NCBI GenBank assembly: GCA_012295275.1
Contig: CM022675.1
Coordinates: 4,960,001-5,024,000, forward strand
Reading direction: 5' to 3'
Length of the DNA stretch: 64,000 nucleotides
DNA from: Chrysomallon squamiferum
Taxonomy: Eukaryota > Animalia > Mollusca
Shown here in pieces: positions 18,597 through 33,739 of the stretch. The notes beneath the pieces were generated by a model. It had not been told where the DNA came from. It was given only the letters and a program-made list of their open reading frames with translations, and made no database searches. Positions within the stretch are counted from its first letter, which is position 1. Each line of letters opens with the position of its first letter. A program made the translations under genes and the position numbers.

Positions 18597-19370
18597 TGTG
18601 GTATTACAATACTTGAAAATACGTTGTGGGTATTACAGTTCTAGTAAATACCTTGTGGGTATTACAATACTAGTAAATACGTTGTGGGTATTACAACACT
18701 AGTAAATACGTTGTGTGTATTACAATACTAGTAAATACGTTATGGGTATTACAATGCTAGTAAATACGTTATGGGTATTACAATGCTAAGTAAATACGTT
18801 GTGGGTATTACAATGCTAGTAAATACGTTGTGTGTATTACAATACTAGTAAATACGTTGTGGTATTACAATACTAGTAAATACGTTGTGGGTATTACATT
18901 ACTAGTAAATACGTTGTGGGTATTACAATACTAGTAAATACGTTGTTGGTATTACAAAGCTAGTAAATACGTTGTGGGTATTACAACACTAGTAAATACG
19001 TTGTGATATTACAATACTAGTAAATACGTTGTGCATATTACAATATTAGTAAATACGTTGTGGGTATTAAAATACTACTAAATACGTTGTGGGTATTACA
19101 ATACGTTGTGGGTATTACAATACTAGTAAATACGTTGTGGGTATTACAATACTAGTAAATACGTTGTGGGTATTACAATACTAGTAAACTAGTAAATACG
19201 TTGTGGGTATTACAATACTAGTAAATACGTTGTGGGTATTACAATACTAGTAAATACGTTGTGGGTATTACAATACTAGTAAATACGTTGTGGGTATTAC
19301 AATACTAGTAAATACGTTGTGGGTATTACAATACTAGTAAATACGTTGTGGGTCTTACAATGCTAGTAAA
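18597..19370. repeat. 29-bp minisatellite, ~26-27 copies
   Basis: Unit gtgggtattacaatactagtaaatacgtt, head-to-tail with no unique spacers. Confidence 0.95.
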
Positions 19371-20506
19371 TAAATAAATAAATAAATAAATTATATTTTA
19401 AATAAATATATTGGCGTCACACATTATGGTTAAGGATCATGGAGATAATAATATGAAACCCGCTGAATGGTCTACTCTTACCAAATACAAAAACAAACCA
19501 GCAAGTGATCTCTTATATACATTTTCCCATAGAAAGAAAATTACATAGATAGAATTATTTTTAAAATAAATTTTAGTTATAACAATATTTGTATTTGTAG
19601 TTCATAAACATATTTTATTCTTGCAGTGATCAGGTGAAATGAAGAAGTTCTCCTATTTAATATGTACTCCATTACAGACTGCTCACGTTTTAGAAACCCT
19701 ACTCTCATCTCGATGTTAACAAAAAAAGCGTCTCATAACTGCAGCGCAGAACTTACCAACCAGTTAGACATGTCTACATCCCGGGACTTTTTTTTATTCT
19801 ACGTCCCGGTACCAAACAAAACAGATTTGTCGACTTCCCTGGTCGACACCAGTGAAGCATACAACTGAGATCTATGGACGAGTGTGAGTGCAAAGTGATT
19901 TGACTCGAGAAAACCGCGCAGTTTTAAGATAGCGCAGATCGGCAAATACCGGACAACACTCCCACACGAATTACATAAGACAGTTGTTACCCACGTGACC
20001 TCATCTGTCCCCATCTCTTAGTGTCACACAGTTTATCTTTCTTGTTCTTTCTTTTTCCGTCTCATTGTTATACATATCATTAACAATTGTCATTGTTATT
20101 ATTATTATCTTTCTTTCTTTCTTTTTAAATTTACAAATAAATATATATTATCTGTGAGAAATATGTGATTGATAATACTGGTTTGAGATCAAAGTCACTG
20201 TGTTACTTAAAATCTGCTGTTTGTTGTAATCAGTTAACTGAAACTTCAGGATTTGTTTCCTGATGGACCCAGTCTGTCAAGTTTCAAAAGCAGTCATGCT
20301 AAGATGGCGAAATATCAAGAACAATTAAAACAGTTAAACTCGTCACTCTCAAAGTCTGACTTCATTCAGTGGAGTTTGTTAGTACAGCTTGAATTTATTT
20401 TGTGAAAAAAAAAGCAAAGTTGTGGTAAATCTCGGTTCTAGAAAATCTACTTTTAAAATGTTAAAATCTTGACCTGAGATGGTAAAGTAATATAAGACAC
20501 GTAAAC

Positions 20507-20553
<47 letters not shown>

Positions 20554-21529
20554 GTGTACAGTGATATCAGTAAAATAGTTAATAGTTATGAACTGTTTAA
20601 TGTTTAATTTTTAAAACAGAGAATAAATCAGGCTTTCGAAAGTCAGTAAAAATAGATCAAATCAAAATGGCGGACCGAAAACATAGGTACTTATCTATTT
20701 TCAGTTATTTCATTAAAGAATCGGACAATAATTTTAAAGTAACATAGTTTAAGCAATTTTTCTGTGGCTGTTAACGGACTGTAAATACAACTAGCTTCAG
20801 TAAAAATGTTAGTATACATGCTTATAGTATATACATATATATAAAACATGCTTCCAGTACGACACGGAAAACTCAAAATGAATAAGAAGAATTATTAAAA
20901 TAAAAAAATAAAATATCTAGTTGATTATATATATATTATGTAATATAAAGTAATGTAATATAAAGGTACATTTTTTTTCTACATTGATGTTTTTTTTTCA
21001 TTTATTGTTTACTATATACATATACAAATACACATAGAGACACACAGAGACATACATACAAATGTATAATACATTTCTGCATGAAGTAACATCTGTGATT
21101 GCTATATCTATTAAGACTTCGGAATTTCGAATAAAGTTTCCTTAACCTTTCATAATAATAGCAATAAAATAAAATAAAATAATAAAAAATTAAATAAATA
21201 AATAAATAAATAAATAGTTCAATTAGATGTTAGGATCAAAAACAAATACAAAATAAAAGGCAAAAATAATGAAACAAACAAAACAAACAATAAAAGGGTG
21301 TTGAGATACAATTAACACTGAGTTTAAAACAACAAATACAATAACAACAACAATAAAAAAAAAAAAAAAAAATTAAAAAGCTGTAATATGAAAACAAACA
21401 AACAAAAACAAATTTCATTAAAATTAAATTACATTTGAGAAGTGGTATTATACACTGTTAAGTTCAATTTTAGAAAAAGGAAAAAGAAGAAGAAGAATAA
21501 GAAAAAAATGGAGTAAAGAGACACTCTTT

Positions 21530-22496
21530 TCAATCAGAATTTTCCAGAACAAAATAAAAATGTCCACTGCCTTCAGAAACGTTGTCGTTGTTGTCGGAAT
21601 TGTCGTGGACGTTATCAGAGATTTCTGATTTTCTAGTTGGAATTTGATTGTTAGACGAGGCAGTTAGTCTATACAGACTGGGGAGTGGTAAATCGGAAGT
21701 AACAGCATCAGCGATGTCGTAGAGGTCGCTGTCAGGTTGGTTAAGATGGTCATACAGTTCTGATGTTGTTGTTGCTGTTGGAGGTTTTCTGTCCATGCTG
21801 TCGTAGTCTACAGAATCAACGAGGTGGTTGTAGACGTCAGATACAGTTGCAGTTGTCTTTTCTTTGTTTGTGCTGTCGTAGTCGCTGTCATTGTCGACAC
21901 CAAGCCTGTTGTAGACATCAGACGTAGCTGTTTTCTTTTTCTTATCACATGTATCGTAGTCACCGTCGTTGTCCCCAGCAAGGTGGTTGTAGATGTTAGA
22001 TCTACTATGTGTTGTAGCTGTTGTATCTGTTGTGTTGTAGTCTCCATCATGGCTGCATGAGAGGTGACTCTCCATTTCAGACGTTGTAGTAGTTGCAGTT
22101 TTGATATCCGCTCTGTCGTAGTCGTCATCGTTGTCGTCAGCAGTAGATATGTTACTGGGAACTGCTTTAACATCTGCGATGTCGTAGTCGTTATCATTTC
22201 TGTTTTCCATGTTGACAGTAACTCCGTTTGGGACGTTGTAATAAACACTGTGGTTTGCTTGATTTTCTGATTCAAATTCATAATCTGCCGACGTTGATGT
22301 CGTTGTTGCCTCATAATTCAGATTTGTGTTCTTAAGATTAATTCTTGATTCTGGTAACTTCTGAGTTTTAAAACAAAATCGATGTGTTCTGAGAAGAAAT
22401 TAAAATGAAAAATTCAAAAAAATTGTATACTACATATATGTAGAAACAAACATACCTACATATATACAAACACAGTAGAATATTTCATATTATTCA

Positions 22497-22529
<33 letters not shown>

Positions 22530-22648
22530 TAATGAACAAAAAAAAAAAAAAAAACACAAAAAAACGTAATGTTTAGTCCACAATAAAATCACAACAGCAA
22601 CAAATAATATTAGTACGACAGCAGCAACACCACCACCAACAAGAGCTA

Positions 22649-22682
<34 letters not shown>

Positions 22683-23122
22683 ATAGTATTTTATTATTAT
22701 TATTTTACACGTAACATCTGTTTGATTACGAAGAAACTAATAAATACTAACAAACTAACCTGGCATGTTTTGTCTGTTGTCAGCCTGTGCGCTGCTTTTA
22801 GGTGGAGTTATGTTCCTTTCGTTTGACTGAGAAGTTGACACTGGACTCATGTTCTCTGTAGTAAACTGTGCTAACTCTTTCTCAGGTGCTGAAGTCATCG
22901 AATTTGGGTTTTTCGTGTTTGTTGTAGTAGTTGAGGATTCTGCAGTTGTTGACGATGCCTTTGCTGAAGATTTTGTGTTTTTATCTGCAATAAAGTTAAG
23001 CAAGTCAGAATCTAAACGGGAGAGATGTCCATATAACAAGAATAATGAAGAAAGAACTGAGTAAAAAATGAAAAAAGAGAAAAATATGTTACAAAACTAC
23101 AGCAACAACAACACTAACAATC

Positions 23123-23189
<67 letters not shown>

Positions 23190-25020
23190 TAATGATAATT
23201 AATTGTTTATAATTGTTTATAGGTTTTCTAGTGGAGATATAGAGTAATGAACAGTTATTTGTTTGTTTGTTTGTTTGTTGTTTGTGTGTACACGATACTC
23301 ACACTTTTGACATGCCACACTGTCGTTCACTTCATTTTATATCCCCAATAACGTGATTCTTTTTTCAGTACAAAGCTTTCCTGTTTTTCGTTATTGGAAT
23401 AATCGGAATGTACCGAAAACTCTTCACCTGTGTATGAAATCAAATTATTTTGTGATTAAAAATACGTATACATCAACATTTCAAAATTAAAACAACTACT
23501 ACCACACCACTGCTGTCACTTCAAATCAGACGTGACAGATTCTTCTGATATTACTAACACAACTGTATACTACTGCGTACACAACACATAGAGACACACA
23601 TACAGACACACATAGACATATACATGTACGCATACTTACACAAATACAAACACAGATACATAAACACATCACACACATACATATACACATGTATACACAC
23701 ATACATACATATAAAGACAAACACATAGAGACACACACATATATATATATATATACACACATATAGACACATACAGACACATACACATAAAGACACATAC
23801 ACACGCATATTTACACATACAGATATACATACATATACACATACAGACACACATAGAGTCACTGATACAGTCACGCATACAGACACATATACATACAGAC
23901 ACACATAAAGACACACATAGTCACATACAAACACACATACAGACACATACACATACACACAGATACATACATAAAAACAGGCACACATATATACACACAT
24001 ACAGACACACATACAATCACACATAGATACGCACATACAGACACACATACAGACATACATAGATACACACATACAGACACACATACAGGCTCACATACAT
24101 TATACACATAGAGAGACATATACAGTCACTCATATAGACACACATACCGACACATACACATACAGACACATACATACATACATACACATACACAGACACA
24201 GATACAGACACATACATACAGACACAAATATATAAACACATATAGACACAAATACTTACACAAAAAATATACACATACAGACATACCTACACACACTCAT
24301 TCAAACACACATACATGTTAGTTCATTCACTGGTTGTAACCGACCTATTCACACTTTGATAACACTATTCTGGCTTCAAAAGGTTACATTTCAAAGACTG
24401 TCTTCATCGGACCAGTACTTCAGGATATAACAGCCAGCGAAATCTGACATGTTTGGACAATATTGACAATATGGTCCTTAGAGCACAAGATTTCATCAAC
24501 AATTTGACCGATGTTTATGAAGTCAAAAAAAGAATTCCATGAAATGCCAAAATCCAGATATTTAGCCAAAGATCATGCCCATAACAGTTTCAGATTTTGA
24601 TTAACACGAAATTTACCAGAATTGTAGCCTAGGATATCAATAATATAATATAATATAATATAAAATAATATAATATAATATAATATAATATAACATCAGA
24701 GATATAATATTCCTCATAAGTCAGCAATACAAAATTAAAATATGAATACATACATACATACATACATACATACACACATACACACATATACAAATACACA
24801 TAAATACAATACATACATTACATTCGTAAATACAAATATTTGTTACATATAATTTTATTTGTAAGAGAAAATAAATAAATTAATTAATTAATAACACGAT
24901 GTAATAATTTTATTACCGTCGATCCATCGCCATTCAGACTTTCTCTGCAGACCCACCCAGTATTTGCTTTGTTCTCGCTGTCACAGTAGAGTTGTCAAGT
25001 CTGACACTGAACTGTTTTTT
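21530..25020 (-). pseudogene. Receptor copy 3: 5'-truncated; CTLD2 - stalk - TM - intact Tyr-rich tail
   Basis: Partial exon 24917-~25020 (..KYWVGLQRKSEWRWIDG, in-frame TGA at 24981-24983); 23303-23427 (125 nt, frameshifted, ends ..SVACQK); 22760-22984 (stalk); 22570-22645 (TM ALVGGGVAAVVLILFVAVVILLWTK, donor GT changed to TT); 21530-22388 (open tail ending HFYFVLENSD*). Confidence 0.8.
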
Positions 25021-25037
25021 ACTTTGTTTTTTACTTT

Positions 25038-26015
25038 GAGCTAGGGTTAGGGTTAGAGATAGGGTTATGGTTAAGGTTAGGGTTAGGGTTAGGGTTAGGG
25101 TTAGCAATAGAACTAGGGCTACTTAAATTTTATTACAAATGTTATGCTTATCAAAGAAATGATATGTTTGTCGTGCTAAGAATTAGCCTTAGTACAAGAA
25201 TTAATGTTGCTGACTTGTGTAGAATTACTTTTAGAAACTGAGCTAGGGCTAGGGTTAGAGTTAGGGTTAGCCTTAGAGCTAGGGTGTTCTAAGTTTTATG
25301 CTTATGTGACCAATAATAAGACTGTAAAGATTGCAAGTAGCCTTAGAATGAAAATTAATGTTGCGAACTTGCGTAGATTTAGTAATAGATGCTGATCTAG
25401 TGTTAGGGTTAGAGTTAGGGATAGCCTTAGACCAAGTGTTTTCTAAATTGTATTACAAGTAAAATGCTTTACATCAGAAATAATATGTGTGACACGATAA
25501 CAAGTAGCCATAGTATAAGAACTAATGTTGCAGACTTGCGTATAATTAGTTTTAGAAACTGAGCTAGGGTTAGGGTTAGGGTTAGGGTTAGGGTTAGGGT
25601 TAGGGTTAGGGTTAGGGTTAGGGTTAGGGTTAGGGTTAGGTTAGGGTTAGGGTTAGGGTTAGCCATAGAACTACGGTTACCTACATTTTGGTACAAGTGT
25701 TATGCTTATATCAGAAATAATATGTTTGTCGTGATAAGAAGTAGCGTTAGTACAAGAATTAATGTTGCTGACTTGTGTAGAATTAGTTTTAGAAACTGAG
25801 CTAGGGCTAGGGTTAGTGTTAGGGTTAGGGTTAGAGTTATGGTTAGCCATAGAGCTAATGTTATCTAAATTTTATTACAAGTGTTATGCTTATCTCAGAA
25901 ATAATATGTTTGTCATGATAAGAACTAGCCTTAGTACAAGAAATAATGTTAATGACTTGTGTAGGGTTGCTTTTGGAAACTGAGCTAGGGTTAGGCTTAG
26001 CGTTCGCGTTAGGAT
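25038..26015 (+). repeat. Composite interstitial telomeric satellite: (TTAGGG)n blocks alternating with a ~130-bp AT-rich spacer, ~5.5 units
   Basis: TTAGGG-type tracts start near 25040, 25240, 25396, 25561 (longest, ~16 units), 25798 and 25982. They are separated by related spacers (..ttatgcttat..gaaataatatgtttgtcgtgataagaa..ttaatgttgctgacttgtgtagaattagttttagaaactgagct). Confidence 0.9.
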
Positions 26016-26287
26016 TGTAATAATAATAATAAATAAATAAATAAATAAAAAGGAATGCATGAGAATATATAAATATCGCTAAGTCGGTTTATAGTTATAA
26101 CTTTAATAACATCTAAATAAATACTTTAATTTCAGTTTATAATCACTTGAACTGAACATCATTTTAATAAAATGGAAATAAAATATTTTGCAAAGTAATC
26201 TGAGCATTACTTATAGCAAAACAAAATCATAAATAATATTTTAAAATAATTATAATTTTTACTCTCTTAAAAGAAACACATTTTACG

Positions 26288-26415
26288 CCACGTAAACCAG
26301 TGACGTAACATTCGGTAATTTCCGTATTTCTGGCGGGTATAAATATGACGTCAACAATTGAACTCAGTGTGACTCGATCGCTTGCTTGGAGAAAGACGTC
26401 GTTCTGAAGGTGAAT
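26288..26415 (+). promoter_or_regulatory. Pol II core-promoter-like site with CRE and kB-like motifs, followed by a putative short non-coding first exon
   Basis: TGACGTAA 26301, GGTAATTTCC 26314-26323, TATAAATA 26338-26345, TGACGTCA 26346-26353, Inr-like TCAGT 26364-26368 (A is 28 nt from the TATA start), donor-like aag|gtgaat ~26410. Locally CpG-rich. Confidence 0.5.
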
Positions 26416-26899
26416 GTGATTGTTATTCTGTTTTTTATTTTTAGACTAATATTTCTGTGTTTAGCAGTTCTTGGATTACTAAGTCAGTGTGTTTACTAAT
26501 TGCTAGATTATTAAGTACTGGATTACTTACTCTATTGTTACTAATTTTGCTGGATATCGTCCGTGAGTACAAAAATTTAATTCTGTTTTGTTTTGTTTTT
26601 CAGAGACTTGATCTAAATGCTGATTTAACATACTAGACATAAACTGTGGTTCTGGATCGGAAATCAGTTCTCACAATTTGCATTTTTACATCAAATTTGG
26701 CATACTCCGATCTATATTACTTTGGCGAACCGTCTAAATTTGCGTCTAAATCATAGTATAACCTTTTATTATTATCATTTTTCTATTTTTTTGTTTTGAT
26801 GACGCTTCAAAATTTAATAAGAATTATTATGATAGTTAGTTAGAGAAACAGTATACGACACAAAACAAATTATGTAATTTATATTTAGATATTATAGAC

Positions 26900-29800
26900 A
26901 CACAAACACATAGACACACATATAAATTCATACACGCTTAGATATAAGCATATATACATTATATCGATTCTACACATCTACAAATAGCAAGATATACACA
27001 TATATAGATAAACTATAGACAAGATATGGACTAAAACATACCTGTAGACAAAGATAGAAAAGTGTATACATTGGTAAACAACTATTGACGATACATTCAT
27101 TTTAAAACAAAAAATAAAAAAATAAAAAGAAACATATAACGCAGACACATATATAGACTGATACACACCTTCGGATAACCATAGATACAGATATAGATTT
27201 ATAAATAAGAACACATGAAAATACAGATAAACACTTACAGATTATAGATTAATACACAGCTACAGATAGCGAAGACACACATATAGAACGAGACACACTT
27301 ACAGTTAACTTTAGGTACATATATAGACTAATAAATACACACAGATAACGAAGGTACATATAGAGACTAAGACACACATACACATACACAGACTGATAAC
27401 AATTTACAGATAATAAAGACACATATACAGATGAACACAAACCTACAGATAGTTATAAATTAGGAACAGATTAATAAACACCACTATAGATAACGAAGAC
27501 AAATAGGCTGAAACACACCAACATATAAAGATAGACATAGATATAGTTCAATACACGTCTACATACAATAGTAGTCACCGGTATAGATCAATACACAGTA
27601 CAGATAAGTAAGATACCTATACAGGTACCTACATTTAACGATAGAAACAGACTGTAGATTAATACAAACCTACAAATTACCATTCATACAAATTATGGAT
27701 TAGTACACAGCCACAGATAATGAAGAAACTTTTACAGATTGATACACGCCTAAAGATAACGATAGAGAGAGATATAGATTTATAAATACACCTACACATA
27801 CCGATAGATACAGATATGGACTGATGCATAGTTACAGATAACAATATATACACATATACATTTATACACACCTACACATAAAGACAGATACAGATATTAT
27901 TATATATAGACCACAAACCCCTAGAGATAACGACATTTAAGACAGTTAGATATTAACAATATAAACACACATAAAGACAGATACAGATATATATTAGCAA
28001 ACAGCTACAGATAAGATATATAGAGATATAGACCGATAGAGGATAACGACATTTACAGACACAGTTTAATAGATAGCTACAGATAACGAAGACACCTGTA
28101 CACGTTGACACACGCCTAAAGAAAATGAAAGATAAATACAGCTATAGATTAACACACACCTGTAATTAACGGAGACACATATAAATAGATGCTCATATAC
28201 TAATACACATCTACAGACTGTGATAGATAGAGCTATAGACTAGTACACAGCTTCAGACAAGGAAGACACTATAAAGATGAAACACACCGACAGATAATGA
28301 TAGATACTGAAAGAGATTATTAAAAAAAATAAAAAAATAAAAAAAATAAAAAAAATACAGATAACGAAGAAACAAATATAGAGAAGAACCAACCAATAGA
28401 TATCGGCAGATAAAGACATTGATTAATACACTCCTACATATACAGATTAATACATGCATGCAGATAGCGATAAACACCGATACAGACTGATACATGCCTA
28501 GAAGTAGCGATAGATACAGATACAGGTTGATAGATACCTACAGATAACGGTATCTACAGACATAGGTTAATTCACACCTAAAGATAACCAAGAAACACAT
28601 ATAGACACAAACCTCCAGATAACGATATATACAGATATAGATTAATACATGTATAAAGTGAAACACACCTGTAGATAACGATAGATAGTATAGATTAATA
28701 CATAACTAAAGATAAGGATACATAAAGATATAGATTAATATACACCTAAATAAAACGATAGATAATGAACAGATTAATAAACACCTATTAATAATGACAA
28801 ATACAAATATAGATAAAGATGACGCTATATACATATACAGATTAATACATAATTACAGATAACGATACAGAGAGATACAGATTAATACACACATACAGAT
28901 AACGACAGAACCAGATATAGATTAATACTCACTTGTAATTAACGGAAAGAGATATATAGATAGATACACACCTAAAGGTAACGATAGATACATTATATAG
29001 ATTAATACATACCAAAAGATAACGATATAAAAATATGCAGATTAATGCACACCTACAGATAACGACAGAAACAGATATAGATTAATACACACCGAAAAAT
29101 AACTATATATACGGATAGAGTTTAATACACAGCTACAGATAATGAACAAAGACACACAAATAAAGTCAGAAAGAGATATACATTGATGCACACGTACAGA
29201 TAACTATAGAAACATATATAGATTAAAACACACCTACATATAACGATACATAGAGGTATCAATTAATACAAACCTATATATAAGGACAGATGCAGGTACA
29301 GATTAATATACACCTAAAGATAACTGTAGATAAAGGTAGAGACTAATGCACACTAATACAGATTTTGGATTAATACAAGCCTGTAGAACACAAAAGAAAC
29401 ATATATAGATTGATACATAGCTGTAGATGGACGATACATACATAGACTAATAGACACCTACAGATAAAGCTAGAAACATATACTGATTCATACATATGCA
29501 CAGATAACGACAGATAGAGATCTTAGATTAATTTACACCTAAAGATCACGACAGAAACATATAGATAACGATAGATAGAGATAAAGATTAATAGATACCT
29601 ATAGATAACGACTGAAACAACATATACAAATTAATAAACACATAGAGACAACGATATAGAGATTTTAGATTAATGCACACCTATAGATAACAATAGAAAC
29701 ATATACAAATTAATACACACCTTCACATAACGATAGATATGCATTTTAGATTAATACACACCTACACATAACGATAGATATGCATTTTAGATTAATACAC

Positions 29801-32800
29801 ACCTACACATAACGATAGATAGGCATTTTAGATTAATACACACCTACACATAACGATAGATATGCATTTTAGATTAATACACACCTACAAATAACGATAG
29901 AAAGATATTTTTAGATTAATACTCATGTATATAACGATAGACAGCATATATAGATTAATACACACCTAAAGATAACGATAGATAGGCCTTATAGATTAAT
30001 ACTCACCTAAAGATAACGATAGACATGCATTTATAGATTAATACACACCTACAGATTAGAAACAGACATGTTTTCCATATATCTATAAATAGCGAAACCT
30101 AAAGATAAAACACCTGTAATTAATATAGTATAACACGCACATTAAACTAAAAAATAACGATAGATACATATATATATAAATATATACCTAAAGGTAACGA
30201 TAGATAGATATTTTCCATTAATACTCATGCATAGATCACGATAGAAACAGATATAGATGAAAACGTAACTAAAGATAACGATAGAAAGAGATATAAATCA
30301 ATACGCAGCTAAAGATAACGATAGATACAGATATAGATTAACATAAACCTAAAGATAAAAATACATACAAATATAGATTAATACGCAATTAAACATAACG
30401 AGTGAAACAGATATAGATTAATACACACCTATAGATGACTATATAGAGAGATATAGATTAATACGCACCTAAAGATATCGATACATACAGATACAGAGTA
30501 GTATACACATAAAGACAAAGATAGATACAGATATATATTAATAAACCCGTAAACGTAACAACAGAAATAGATATAGATTAAAACACACCTACAGATAAAA
30601 ATACATACAAATAGAGAGTAATATACACATAAAGACAACGACAGATACACATATAGATTAATATGCACCCTAAACGTAACGACAAAACCAGATATGGATT
30701 AATATACACCTGTAGATAACCATATAACCGATATAGATTAATACTCACCTACATATCACGATACATACAGGTATAGATTAATACACACCTATAGCTAACA
30801 CTATATACAGATATAGGTTAGTACACATCTAAAGGTAAACACAGAAACAAATATATATTAATAAACAGCTGTAGATAACGATAGGTAGAGTTCGATTAAT
30901 ACACAGCTAAAGATAACGATAGATTATAGATATAGGTTAATACACACCTATAGATAACAAGATGTATATATATTAATACACCTACATATATCGATATGTA
31001 CAGATATTGATTAATACATACCTATTGGTAACAACAGATACACATCTGGATTAATACACATCTAAAGATAAAGATAGATACAAGTATCGATTAATACACA
31101 CCTAAGGATAAAGATAGATGTAGATTAATATTCACCTGAAGATAACGACAGAAACAGACATAGATTAATATGCACCTAAAGATAAAGACAAATGCATGTA
31201 TATTTTATTATATCACAAAAGGTAAAGATAGATAATGGTATAGATTAATAAACACCTATAGTTAACTACAGATACAGGTATAAATCAATATGCAGCTAAA
31301 GACAACGACACATAACAGCTTTTAGATTAATACAGATATATACGACACAAACATACACCTAAAGATAACTGTAGATACAGATACAGATTAATATATACGT
31401 ATAGAGATATACACACGATATATGAGATATAGATTAATATAAACACCTATATATAATGGTATATAGAGATATAGATTAATATCCACCTATAGATAAAGAT
31501 ATATACAAATATAGTTTAATATATATAAATGACTATATAAACAGATTTAGATTAATACACGTAAACATAACGACATAAATAAATATAGATTAATACACAC
31601 CACAATAGATGACGATAGAAACAGATATAGATTAATACTCACCTATAGATAACAGTAGACACAAACAGATATAGATTAATATACACCTAAAGATAATGAT
31701 AGATACATATCTAGATTAATACTTACCTGTATAGACAACTATAGATAGAGATCAAGATTAATAAACACCTATATATAATGGTAGTTAGAGATATACGATA
31801 TATAAAGATATATACAAATATAGTTTATATATCTATAGGTCACCGACAGAAACAGTTATGGATTAAAAAACGCCTTTAGATGATTATAGATAGAGATATA
31901 GATTAATACACACCTAAAGATAACGATAGATACAGATATAAATTAACACAGGCCTGTAGATAACAATACATATATATTAATACACACCTGTAGATCAAGA
32001 CAGAAGCAGATATAGATTGACACACACCTATTGATAACGATAGAAACATGTATAGATTAAAACACACCTAAAACATAAAGATAAATACAGATATAGATAT
32101 ACATTAAAGATAACGACATAAACAAATATAGAGGATAGGTATAGATATACAGATGATACATACCTACAGATCACCATACATACAGGTAAAGATTAATAAA
32201 CACTTATAGATACCAGTATATACAGATACAGATTGATACACACCTAATGGTAACGACAGAAACAAATATAGATTAATATACACCTAAATATAAAGATAGA
32301 TACAGATATAGATTAATACACATGTATAGATAACAAAAACAAATATAGATTATAAACAGCTATAGATAATGATAGATACAGATACAGAATAATACACACA
32401 TAAAGATAACGATATATATATACAGATATGGATAAAAATAACGATAGATACAGATACAGAATAAAACGCACCTAAAGATAACTATTTATATACAGATATG
32501 GATAAACATAACGATAGATACAGATATAGAGATATCAATCAATATGCACCCATAGATAACGACAAATACAGATATACATTAATAGAAACCCATATATGAT
32601 TATATATTGATATATACATTAATATGCACCCAAATATAACTATTTATAAAGCTATAGATTAATACACACGTAAAGATAACGGCAAAAACAAATATACATT
32701 AATAAACAGCTATAGATAACGATAGATACAGATAGAGGATGATATACACCTATAAATAACGACAGAAAGAGATACAGGTTAATAGACAGCAGTAGATGAC

Positions 32801-33100
32801 CATAGATAGAGATGTAGATCAATTCGTACCAAAAGATAACGATAAATACAGCCATAGATAAATATATACCTGAAGATAACGATAGATAGAGATATACCTC
32901 CAGAGAGCGAGAAACATAGTTTGTTAAACACCAACACATAACGATAGGCATATAGATAAAAACACGTGGATTCATACATGTCTACATGTAACTACAGATA
33001 TAGACATGAACTGATAAGTACTTAGAGAAATCTTTAGATGAAACATCTACTTTTATATCTGACAAACAACTGAGATAATACCTGCAGATAACAATGGATA
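26900..33100. repeat. ~6-kb diverged ~40-bp minisatellite
   Basis: Consensus about agattaatacacacctaaagataacgatagatacagatat, strongly A-rich on the + strand. A homogenised 41-bp sub-array lies at ~29710-29900. Confidence 0.9.
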
Positions 33101-33166
33101 TACAGCTGAACTGACACGTGTTCACTTATAACAATATATACACCGATGTTAATACGAACATACAGC

Positions 33167-33265
<99 letters not shown>

Positions 33266-33739
33266 TATACCACTTAGTTTAATAATAAAACAATATTAAC
33301 AACTGAGATAGTTAGTTGCTATGCGTCGTATTCTGTTTGAATTCAAAGTAAATTTTAGATGATTCCTCACCATTGTTTTAATAAATTGTACCTAAAATGC
33401 AGCGACACGGAGTCACCTGGTGAGTGATGACACCCCCACCTCGTAGTGGCTAATACGGTAATTTGTACTTGAAAATGGTTTACCGGGGGACTGTTCACCA
33501 TAGGTACAAATATCAGTTTTAATTTGTATTAGATATTGTTATTTGATGATTATTTAAAACTGTGATTTTAAAATGTATATATTATATGAACACACGTACA
33601 TAAATACAAAAACACACACGCATACATACGTCGGAAAAACAGACACACATACACACATACACGAACATACAGATATACAACACCTATAGACACACAAACA
33701 GGCACATACATACATATACCACATACGCATAAACACACA

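Noticed and set aside
18597-19370. 29-bp array as a CRISPR
   Set aside because: Units are contiguous with no unique spacers, there are no cas genes, and the context is eukaryotic.
23526-24274. Cys/Val/Tyr/Met-rich, His/Thr-rich and (ER)n/(LS)n ORFs here and at 16 kb, 27-34 kb and elsewhere
   Set aside because: They are translations of microsatellites and minisatellites.
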